The notes under the pieces were generated by a model, which searched no databases, was not told where the DNA came from, and saw nothing but the letters and a program-made list of their open reading frames with translations. The position numbers were made by a program, and so were the translations under genes. This document shows positions 29,159 to 37,213 of a DNA stretch of 64,000 bases, piece by piece. The stretch spans positions 153,183-217,182 of IMG/VR virus record IMGVR_UViG_3300046808_001241, one strand, 5' to 3'. Numbering within the stretch: the first letter of the stretch is position 1; every line of letters begins with the position of its first letter.

Positions 29159-29670
29159 TTATGAAACACATTCTAGGACCCAATTCAAGAAGCACTCTTA
29201 CAAACGTTCAAGAAGGAGACAGCCAACCAAATGCTGTTGATCTTCGTTTGGATAAAGTTTTTAAGATTCTTCCAACTGTATTTGAGATTTCTGACACTCA
29301 TAAGAAGTTGAGAGAAACTCAAGAAGTGCTTCCTGATGAAGAAGGATATTTTAATCTTGAAGTAGGAGATTATGAGATAGTTATGAGTAATATTATTAGC
29401 GTAGGAAGTGGAGAATCTGGTTGGATTATTATAAGAAGTTCGTTAAATAGGTCTAACATCTTCACCACGTCGGGCTTGTTTGATAGCAAATACACTGGTT
29501 GCGCTGCGGCCTGTTTGCATGTTGGTACAGGGCCTGCTCGAATCAAAAAAGGAACTCGCGTTGCTCAATATCTAAGTTTTGATGCTGAAATGCTCCATGG
29601 TTATAATGGAAGTTATGGATTTGGAGCAGATGGAAAACCAAAAGCAGATGAAGCAAAATATCACGCGTAG
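29155..29670 (+). CDS. dCTP deaminase/dUTPase family protein
   Basis: QPNAVDLRL, RSSLNRS, SGLFDSKYTG, RVAQ. Confidence 0.85.
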   Translation: MIMKHILGPNSRSTLTNVQEGDSQPNAVDLRLDKVFKILPTVFEISDTHKKLRETQEVLPDEEGYFNLEVGDYEIVMSNIISVGSGESGWIIIRSSLNRSNIFTTSGLFDSKYTGCAAACLHVGTGPARIKKGTRVAQYLSFDAEMLHGYNGSYGFGADGKPKADEAKYHA

Positions 29671-29676
29671 CGACTA

Positions 29677-30771
29677 TTAATAAAGCCGTTCGCATTGCTT
29701 TAAATGACTAGGCTTTCGTCTACCTCCAAAACACCATGCTAAGTCTAAATCTTTTTCTGCATAAGACCAAAGATACCCATGAGCTGATCTTGTTCCATTG
29801 CTTTTTCTGCAGCACTCTATAATCGCAGACGTATGGTTCTTGCCAACTGCCTTGGCTGCGTCAAGAAAACTACGAAACGTTTGTATGTATTCCCCTGAAA
29901 AGTTATATTGAGTTACCGCTCTAACTGCTCTTCCTGTACTCTTTTTCATTTTGGGTCGAGGGTCAATGGGTAGGCCACATTTAAAGGCTGCGACCCTTTG
30001 AGAGCGATTAGTTGGTATATATGGTCCTGGGGACTTGAAAGTAAATGTCCATCTAAATCCCAAAGATATAGAACCTATTCTAGCGCTTTTGTATATATTT
30101 CCTGAACCTTCTTGTCTATAACCTAGTATGCAATCCTTTGCAGTTTGGGCATTGGGATATCGGTTTATGTAGTTCCCGTGCAAATCCCATTGATATACAG
30201 GTCTTTTCTTCTCAAAACACCACTCCAAATCAAGCTGCTCGTTTTCATAAGACCAAAAATATCCTCCGGTAGATTTTTGACCGTCGCTTCTCATGCAACA
30301 CGCACTTACTGCAGAAGAAGTGTTTTGTCCGCAATGTTGCGCAGCAGCCAAACAACTGGGAAACGAGCGAATATATTCTCCGAACAAGTTATATTGCTTG
30401 ACTGGGGAACATAATTTATGACTCGGTTCTTCTCCCAGCTTTATGTTGGTAAGAATACCGCCCTCATCGAGATTGGATCGTCCCCATTTTTGTATCAATC
30501 TTTTTTCTTCATCTAATGCAGTTTGCTCGTCAAAACTTTCAAATACTATTTCATATTTTGGTCCATAACCTAACTTTTTTAATTTTTCTATTTTATTAAA
30601 TTTGTATGGATTGCTCATTTTATCAGAAGACCAGTTGTGATAATGCGCTTCGACTCGCTTTCCTTTTCCCTTTCCAACATAAAAAGGTTGATCATTTCTT
30701 GGGTCTATGAGAACATAGACGTAGTACATAGAATCTGCAGGTAGTTTTTGATTTTCGTTTGTCATAAGCAT
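29677..30771 (-). CDS. Free-standing GIY-YIG homing endonuclease with NUMOD1 repeats
   Basis: YYVYVLIDPR..PFYVGKG..R; three PV.QY...GEYI..F.S...AA modules; likely start is the second ATG at 30765. Confidence 0.85.
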   Translation of the reverse strand: MLMTNENQKLPADSMYYVYVLIDPRNDQPFYVGKGKGKRVEAHYHNWSSDKMSNPYKFNKIEKLKKLGYGPKYEIVFESFDEQTALDEEKRLIQKWGRSNLDEGGILTNIKLGEEPSHKLCSPVKQYNLFGEYIRSFPSCLAAAQHCGQNTSSAVSACCMRSDGQKSTGGYFWSYENEQLDLEWCFEKKRPVYQWDLHGNYINRYPNAQTAKDCILGYRQEGSGNIYKSARIGSISLGFRWTFTFKSPGPYIPTNRSQRVAAFKCGLPIDPRPKMKKSTGRAVRAVTQYNFSGEYIQTFRSFLDAAKAVGKNHTSAIIECCRKSNGTRSAHGYLWSYAEKDLDLAWCFGGRRKPSHLKQCERLY

Positions 30772-30781
30772 AATTACTTAT

Positions 30782-30853
30782 GCTCAAGCGCTTTATTTTT
30801 TGGTTCGTTTGACATAAGCACTCTTCCTACCATTAAAGCGCTTGAGCTTTTTT
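30782..30853 (+). ncRNA. Candidate hairpin small RNA A (antisense to GIY-YIG 5' end)
   Basis: TAATTA 30771-30776, N5, GCTCAAGCGCTTTA/TAAAGCGCTTGAGC 14-bp stem, 38-nt loop, T6; loop 30804-30820 matches 30754-30770 at 16/17. Confidence 0.7.
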
Positions 30854-30875
30854 AATTTCATAGTAAAGTGTCTTC

Positions 30876-31061
30876 ATGCATAAATTTAAAGTAGGGGACA
30901 GAATCTGTAAGCCAAAAGGCTATACATTTGATGGAGAAGTTCGTTCCGTCTTTGAGACAATTAATGGAGACGTGAGAGTTGTTGCTGAGTTGACTACTTC
31001 TAATGGTCTTGGAATGCTTCATATTTTTAGCGAATCTCAGTTAGAATTGAGAGCAGAATGA
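30876..31061 (+). CDS. Small SH3-like phage protein
   Basis: FKVGDRICKPKGYTFDGEVRSVF...VAE..GMLHIF. Confidence 0.7.
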   Translation: MHKFKVGDRICKPKGYTFDGEVRSVFETINGDVRVVAELTTSNGLGMLHIFSESQLELRAE

Positions 31062-31795
31062 ATCACCAGTCGTTTATAGATTACTTCAATAGAGAAGAAC
31101 AACTCATCCTTCAAGAAGGTCTAATAACGACATATCCAGCATCTGCTTTTGAGCATGCTTTAAAAACAAACTTTAAAGAGCATATTAAAGAATTGTTTGT
31201 AGATAAAAACTTTCTTGGTTTCAAAACAAAGTTTGAGCTACATTTAAAAGATGTTTCTAAATTAAAAGAAATTGAAAAATTTGCAAATACTTACGGTTAT
31301 CATTTTGGAGCTTTTAAAGACAATCCTCCAATGGTACAAATCGAACCAAAATATCCTTACAAAGTATTCAAAGATGATCTACCAGAAAAAGCATATCATA
31401 TTACAAGAAACGAACATCTTCAAACAATTCTTAATAAAGGATTGACTCCAAAAGAATCAAAAACGTTTTTTAAACATCCAGGAAATAGAATTTATTTGTT
31501 TGTTACGAAGAATTTGCAAGACGTTTTAAAGCTAAAAGAGCTTCTCAAAAAAACTTTTTCTGCTAGAGAACAAAACGTTGGGTTATCGGTTCTAGAAATA
31601 GATTCGTGGTCAGAAGTTTATTACCTAGATCCTAACCTTGAACCAAAAGATATTTCCAATCATAGCTTAAGAATCTTTACTTTGAGAAACATACCTCCTC
31701 AAATGATAAAATTTTTGCCAGAACTTTCAGATAATAATGGAAAAATCACAAAATCAGTAGAAGATTTCAAGTATCGACAAAATTTAAAGAAATGA
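31058..31795 (+). CDS. ADP-ribosyltransferase-fold protein, paralog 2
   Basis: AYHITRNEHLQTILNKGLTP, HPGNRIYL, YYLDPN. Confidence 0.6.
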   Translation: MNHQSFIDYFNREEQLILQEGLITTYPASAFEHALKTNFKEHIKELFVDKNFLGFKTKFELHLKDVSKLKEIEKFANTYGYHFGAFKDNPPMVQIEPKYPYKVFKDDLPEKAYHITRNEHLQTILNKGLTPKESKTFFKHPGNRIYLFVTKNLQDVLKLKELLKKTFSAREQNVGLSVLEIDSWSEVYYLDPNLEPKDISNHSLRIFTLRNIPPQMIKFLPELSDNNGKITKSVEDFKYRQNLKK

Positions 31796-32574
31796 GTGAC
31801 GATAAAATAGAAAAAATTACTCATATGACTTTTTATGAGTTTTATAAGCAAGAAGAGCGATTAGTGCTTGCTGAAGGTCTTATAAAGTCCTACCCAATTT
31901 TAAATTTTAAATTGGCTGTTTTACATACTTTTAGAGAGCATCTTTTACATATTGGAATCGGCCAATCTTTTGGAATGGATATAAATCTTGTTATCGTTTT
32001 AGATGAAAGAGACGAAGTTGCTCTTAAAGAGATTGAAGAATTTGCTGACACGTATGGTTATCATCTAGGATTTACAAAAAAACTTTTATATAAAGGTAAA
32101 GCTTGTAAAAGCCACCAGTTTGATCCAAAATATCCAATTGTCATCTCCAAAGAATATATTCCAAAAGTAGGCTTTCATATTGCCAGAAACGAACATTTGA
32201 AAAGCATTTTTGAAATTGGGCTAACTCCTAAAACGAGTAAGAGTGATTTTAAACACCCGGGCAACAGAGTATACCTTCTGGTTGCAAACTCTGTTAATTC
32301 AATTCTAAAGACTAAAGAAGTTTTAAGAGGACATGCTAAACGAAAAAAGCCGAACGAGATTGTTGAGTTGTCTGTGCTAAAAGTCAATATTAATGAAGAC
32401 TTGGTTTATTATTTTGACCCCAATCTTGAGCCAGGAGCTATTGATCCGGAATGCTTTGGAATGTTTGTTCTCAGAAACATTCATCCAGCATATGTTGAAC
32501 TTCTTCCGGAATTGTCGGATAATAAAGGAGTTTCGTCGAAATATAAAGAGTACCACAAAAATTTAAAGAAATGA
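31792..32574 (+). CDS. ADP-ribosyltransferase-fold protein, paralog 3 (tandem duplicate)
   Basis: GFHIARNEHLKSIFEIGLTP, HPGNRVYL; same 3' end aaaatttaaagaaatga as paralog 2. Confidence 0.6.
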   Translation: MSDDKIEKITHMTFYEFYKQEERLVLAEGLIKSYPILNFKLAVLHTFREHLLHIGIGQSFGMDINLVIVLDERDEVALKEIEEFADTYGYHLGFTKKLLYKGKACKSHQFDPKYPIVISKEYIPKVGFHIARNEHLKSIFEIGLTPKTSKSDFKHPGNRVYLLVANSVNSILKTKEVLRGHAKRKKPNEIVELSVLKVNINEDLVYYFDPNLEPGAIDPECFGMFVLRNIHPAYVELLPELSDNKGVSSKYKEYHKNLKK

Positions 32575-33503
32575 CCAATCCACTTTCGTCGCTTTGGGTA
32601 GAAGCTTATAGACCAAAAACTCTTGAAGATATAGTCTTATCAAAAGATGATAGAGAGTTTTTTGAATCGCTACTAACAAAAAAAGAGATTCCTCATCTAC
32701 TATTTGCTGGCTCACAAGGTCTGGGAAAAACTTCTTTGAGTCTTATAATTGCAAAACAACTTGCTCCAGCCTCTTACATGATTCTTAATGCTTCCGACAC
32801 AAACGGAATTGACACAGCAAGAGGAACTATTTCGAATTTTGCCAAAACAAAATCAATTGATGGTAATATGAAAATCATTATATGCGATGAGTTTTGCAAT
32901 TTTTCGGTAGAAGGACAGAAATGTCTGCGCAATTTAATGGAGTCTTTTGCAGAAAATACTAGATTTATAATTACAGCAAATTACCTTCACAAAGTAATTG
33001 CTCCAATTCAAAGTCGTTGCCAAATTATAAATTTAAACCCGACTCTTGAATCAACTGTTGCACGAATTGTAGAAATCCTCAAGAAAGAAAACATAACAAT
33101 TCCTCAAGATCAAAAGCCATTGCTGCTTAACCATATTCGCAAGTATCTTCCTGATATCAGAAGAATTGTGAATGATATGCAGAAGTTTAGTGTTACAGGA
33201 ACACTCAACATTAAAACTGATGTTGCTTTGGAATTTGTTGAAAAGATCTTTAAGAAGCTTTGCAATAAACCCAATCTTGTCAACATCCGAAAAGAGATTA
33301 TCGAAAACGAGAGAGCATTTTCTAATGACTATCACTCGTTGCTCAAGCAATTATTTGAAGTAGTTTTTGAGTCTGATCTTCCTTCCGAGAAAAAGACTGA
33401 AGCAATGCTAATCATTTCCAAATCAATGGAACAACAAAGCTTCGTCATTGATAAAGAGATTGGAGCTTTTTCAGCTCTTATAAGCCTTTCCAAAGTCTTT
33501 TAG
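32571..33503 (+). CDS. Sliding clamp loader small subunit (gp44/RFC-like AAA+)
   Basis: LWVEAYRPKTL, GSQGLGKT, LNASD, IICDE, RFIITAN, IQSRC. Confidence 0.95.
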   Translation: MTNPLSSLWVEAYRPKTLEDIVLSKDDREFFESLLTKKEIPHLLFAGSQGLGKTSLSLIIAKQLAPASYMILNASDTNGIDTARGTISNFAKTKSIDGNMKIIICDEFCNFSVEGQKCLRNLMESFAENTRFIITANYLHKVIAPIQSRCQIINLNPTLESTVARIVEILKKENITIPQDQKPLLLNHIRKYLPDIRRIVNDMQKFSVTGTLNIKTDVALEFVEKIFKKLCNKPNLVNIRKEIIENERAFSNDYHSLLKQLFEVVFESDLPSEKKTEAMLIISKSMEQQSFVIDKEIGAFSALISLSKVF

Positions 33504-33793
33504 CTTCTTCCACAGCATCTTCTTGGAGCTTGGGATTGAGGAGCGGTTGCAGCAGTGTTTGAGATAGGACCTGCAGAAGGAGTTGAAGCTTTAAAGACAG
33601 AAGTGGGACGATTTGTGTGCTGAACGGTTGGCAGAGAAGGAGATTGGACTCTGCCAATAAGAATAGACAAATTTCTTGAAGCTATAACAGAATCTTTACA
33701 GGGAGCTGTTTTGGCTTTTACTTCATCGTTTTCCAAAGCATATCCAACATACATTCCGTCTTCTTGAACTATTTTAAGTTTGTATTTGTTCAT
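33500..33793 (-). CDS. Small hypothetical protein
   Basis: 97 aa, ends RRCCGRS, coupled to upstream gene. Confidence 0.6.
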   Translation of the reverse strand: MNKYKLKIVQEDGMYVGYALENDEVKAKTAPCKDSVIASRNLSILIGRVQSPSLPTVQHTNRPTSVFKASTPSAGPISNTAATAPQSQAPRRCCGRS

Positions 33794-35607
33794 AAAACTT
33801 TATCAAATTGAGATTCCTTTTCTTTGAATCTGTGAAGTTTAACAGCATATATCACGTTCATGTAAGAACCAGCTTCAAATAAATGATCTACTTTTACAAC
33901 AAACCACTGGCCGTATAATTTATTATTATAATCATTATCTGCACAACCTGCAACTTTATCAATTCCAATGAATGTTCCAGATTCCCTCAATGTAAGGCCG
34001 TATGTTTTAAAACAAATACAAGCATTTTGGAATAAACCTGTATAAAGCAAATTATGAAATCCGTTTTTTTGCCTGACTATTTCGTTGTCTCCATTCAAAG
34101 TAAACGTTGGAAATACATTGCGGTCTTTTTTTGTTTGATGTAAAGTAGGAAGAAATAGTTGTTCTTCGTCAGTTCCTTTTTTGTATAGCTTTGAAATGTA
34201 AGATTTGCTGATTGCTTTTCTTGCAGATAACACATCGTTTCCTTGAAATTGTATATTGAATTGTCTTTTTCCTATGTCAACAGAATATACTGGCGTTGTA
34301 TTAAACATTGTAGAATTTGTTTCCGGGGACATATCTACAAAACTGTAAGAAATTATTTGTCCATATTTAAAAGTTTTTAAATCAACATCTTTTCCGTTTC
34401 CTCCCATTGGAGCTCTATGAATGACAGCAGCAGGAGTTTCTTCTTGATCAGTATGGGAGGTGACAAAAAAATGTTCCTTTTGCAGTTCGCCTGGACCACT
34501 ATCAGTATTTCCTGCTTTTTCGAAAAAATCTGTTAGAGGAGTTAAAACTAAAGGTTCGATCAAACCATAAGACGTAGCTCGTTCTGTGTGCAATAAACAT
34601 AAATCATTTAATTGAGCTCCTTCAACTCCCTCAATTGATTTAGAACTAACATGATGAGCATAAACGTATTCTAGATCATCAAACGCTGTATATTGTGCAG
34701 GAGATGTATAAAATATACTACTCGATCCAGTGTCCCAACTAATTCCAGGAGATACCGAAAATTCATAACTTCCTCCATACTCTGGTTTTGATAAAGCTTC
34801 GTTTAATATTTCAAGCATTGCCGTTCCTGTCTTTAATGCTCTTGGCGTTCCATTAGATGTTACTCCGTTTGCAAGTCCTTCCACTAACTCCACATCTGGA
34901 CTATTTGCTGTAGAGTACTCCAAATTTGTTGTTTTTAAAATTTGATATCTAACATCATGAAACTTTAGTCTTACACATTTCATGTATGTTGCTAAAGGTC
35001 CTTGAATGCCCGGAATATTGTTTACGTCTTCTATATCGTATATCGAAAACAAATAAGAGAGCGTCCACTTTGTATCATTCTTATCAATTTTAATCCCATC
35101 TCCTTTTTCGCCTGGAGCTGACTCCGGAACAATTATTAATCTTAATAAGTCAAATCCATCTCCTCTAAACTCATACGATTCTAATGCTTTTCCGTTTTGT
35201 CTTGCTGCTTCCTCCACTCTTCCGGAAGTTGAAGTTTTTCTTTTTTGTCCTCCATTTCCGGTTGGAATATTTGGAGTTCCTTCTGGCAAATACATAAAAG
35301 TAATAGCTCCGCCGGCAACCCAATCATTAACTGTATCACTAATTGTCATTCCAAGCACTGCTGCTGGATTTATAAAATATCTTTGAGGGCTGTCAAAGTT
35401 TCCACTATTGTCAAGATATAATTCTATATTGTGTAAAATTTCATTGTATTTTTGTTTGAAAGTATTTCCCGCTGTAAACCCGCTTTTAGGTTGAGTTTGT
35501 TCCCTTCCGTCAATTGACTGAAAGCTCTGAGTTACTGAAGAAGGCAAAGTTCCAGCATTATCCAATGTCGCAAATCCTTGAGCTGTCGAATTTATATTAA
35601 AGCTCAT
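33790..35607 (-). CDS. Baseplate hub protein (gp27-like)
   Basis: C-terminal LTLRESGTFIGID...LYGQWFVVKVDHLF typical of hub proteins; position next to gp53-like gene. Confidence 0.6.
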   Translation of the reverse strand: MSFNINSTAQGFATLDNAGTLPSSVTQSFQSIDGREQTQPKSGFTAGNTFKQKYNEILHNIELYLDNSGNFDSPQRYFINPAAVLGMTISDTVNDWVAGGAITFMYLPEGTPNIPTGNGGQKRKTSTSGRVEEAARQNGKALESYEFRGDGFDLLRLIIVPESAPGEKGDGIKIDKNDTKWTLSYLFSIYDIEDVNNIPGIQGPLATYMKCVRLKFHDVRYQILKTTNLEYSTANSPDVELVEGLANGVTSNGTPRALKTGTAMLEILNEALSKPEYGGSYEFSVSPGISWDTGSSSIFYTSPAQYTAFDDLEYVYAHHVSSKSIEGVEGAQLNDLCLLHTERATSYGLIEPLVLTPLTDFFEKAGNTDSGPGELQKEHFFVTSHTDQEETPAAVIHRAPMGGNGKDVDLKTFKYGQIISYSFVDMSPETNSTMFNTTPVYSVDIGKRQFNIQFQGNDVLSARKAISKSYISKLYKKGTDEEQLFLPTLHQTKKDRNVFPTFTLNGDNEIVRQKNGFHNLLYTGLFQNACICFKTYGLTLRESGTFIGIDKVAGCADNDYNNKLYGQWFVVKVDHLFEAGSYMNVIYAVKLHRFKEKESQFDKVL

Positions 35608-35610
35608 AGT

Positions 35611-35955
35611 TTATTTTTGAATTTGAGTTAATATTTCAGTAACAACTGTTTTTATGGGAATTCTAATTACATTACCATGAACAAGAGGCTTTGTTGGATC
35701 TTGTAGACCATTGGCCATCAAAATAACCCACCAAAGATTTGGAGTTTTATATTTTTTATACGAGATGTATGGCCAAGTATCCCCAAACTTGATAGCATAA
35801 CTTTCAAATAAATTGTCCGGAAGATCGGTTGGAAAGACCACAGTCTGAAGCAAATTATAAAAATACATGCCGTTCTGGTCTTGATAAACGTTGAAAATAT
35901 TTTCAAGATGCTCAATATCTAATCTTGGCAATTCTTTTATTTGATTTTGTTTCAT
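35611..35955 (-). CDS. Baseplate wedge gp53-like (LysM-like) protein
   Basis: GDTWPYISYKKYKTPNLWWVILMANGLQDP. Confidence 0.8.
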   Translation of the reverse strand: MKQNQIKELPRLDIEHLENIFNVYQDQNGMYFYNLLQTVVFPTDLPDNLFESYAIKFGDTWPYISYKKYKTPNLWWVILMANGLQDPTKPLVHGNVIRIPIKTVVTEILTQIQK

Positions 35956-35957
35956 TG

Positions 35958-37205
35958 TTACTTGGTAATTTGTCTTTGAGCAGCGGCTGCAGCCGCATCA
36001 GCTCTGCCTCCTCTTGTTATGCTTCCGGCTGCTCTTAGATTGCCTCCGAGCGCAGCAGTAGCTGCGTCTGCTCGACTAGGTTCGTTCGTTTGTTGTTGTG
36101 CAGCTCTTGCGGCAGTTTCTTCTGCAATCGACCGTGTGCGTTCAGCGCGATCAGATGAAATTGTACTAGTACTGACGAACTTTTTAGCAGCCCCATTAAC
36201 AACTGCTTCAAATTGATTTTTGCTCGGCATTGTCATTTCTGATAATGTTAAAGTAACTTGATATGCATCTGGAATGATATATGATTCTCCGTCCATCATT
36301 CTTACGTTTCCTAAATTTTCTACATTAATATTTGTCATTGCTGCTGCATAGCAATAATATTGACCAGGTATAAAAACATCATAAAACACAGGAGGAACGC
36401 CAGTAATATAGTCTCGTTTGTTAAAAAGATTTTGACTCATTAACAAGTAAATTAAGTCTCGGTTTTTTGCCCAAGCCCAATCATTAAGAGTATTATACAA
36501 AGGAAAAGAAATTGTAATTTGTCTTCCGGAATGACCGGCAAAGATTCTTGGCCTATCAAAAACACCTACAGAAGGATATTGCCAAGCGAGAGATGTTTGA
36601 GCAGCTGCTGCAGCAAATTCCCCAGTTTTAGTCATATTTTCTACAGTTCCTGCTAATGCCTTACCCGTAGATCCAAACATACCCAATAATCCAGATACTC
36701 CTCCACCAAGTTGCTTTAAACTTTCCCCAATTGGATCTAGCTGTTGCCATTCTGGTGTTCCAAGCTCAAATCCAGTTTTATTAAAATATGGAAACCAATA
36801 AGAAAAATCCGTTGGTTCATCTTTGGCAAAAATTTCTTGATATACATCTAAAACTTCGCGAGTCTCCCCTCCTTTACCTATAGCATTGAAAAACGTTTGA
36901 GGAGTAAGCTTTGAGTACAAATCTAATTGCTTTTTGATAGATGTTTCATTGCACTTATATTCAATTAATCTTACATATGGAATATCGTCTCTATTTTTGC
37001 GAGGAGAAGGTGTCCAATCATAGTCCTTAACAACATTTATAGTTCCGCTAGACCAACCGTCTTCCAATTTAGGAGCGAGGCTATTTGCTAAGCTTCCTTC
37101 TCCTTTGTCTTTTGAGAAGGTGTCTTTAGCAAAGGATGCAACTCCTCCAAGCGCTTGATTCAACGCAGTGAACGTTCTTTGAAGAGGAATTGCTTGACTG
37201 CTCAT
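35958..37205 (-). CDS. Tail tube initiator/baseplate protein (gp48/gp54-like)
   Basis: PRIF..HSGRQITISFPLYNT...PPVFYDV tube-fold motifs; module context. Confidence 0.55.
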   Translation of the reverse strand: MSSQAIPLQRTFTALNQALGGVASFAKDTFSKDKGEGSLANSLAPKLEDGWSSGTINVVKDYDWTPSPRKNRDDIPYVRLIEYKCNETSIKKQLDLYSKLTPQTFFNAIGKGGETREVLDVYQEIFAKDEPTDFSYWFPYFNKTGFELGTPEWQQLDPIGESLKQLGGGVSGLLGMFGSTGKALAGTVENMTKTGEFAAAAAQTSLAWQYPSVGVFDRPRIFAGHSGRQITISFPLYNTLNDWAWAKNRDLIYLLMSQNLFNKRDYITGVPPVFYDVFIPGQYYCYAAAMTNINVENLGNVRMMDGESYIIPDAYQVTLTLSEMTMPSKNQFEAVVNGAAKKFVSTSTISSDRAERTRSIAEETAARAAQQQTNEPSRADAATAALGGNLRAAGSITRGGRADAAAAAAQRQITK

Positions 37206-37213
37206 AATATTAT

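Noticed and set aside
30754-30853. Target-site duplication of a MITE as the explanation for the 17-bp repeat
   Set aside because: The second copy lies inside the inverted repeat rather than flanking it, and the unit has a promoter and U-tract on one strand
33463-33471. Third GAGC-T5 sRNA unit
   Set aside because: Lies within the clamp loader CDS, with no matching GCTC arm 66 nt upstream and no promoter
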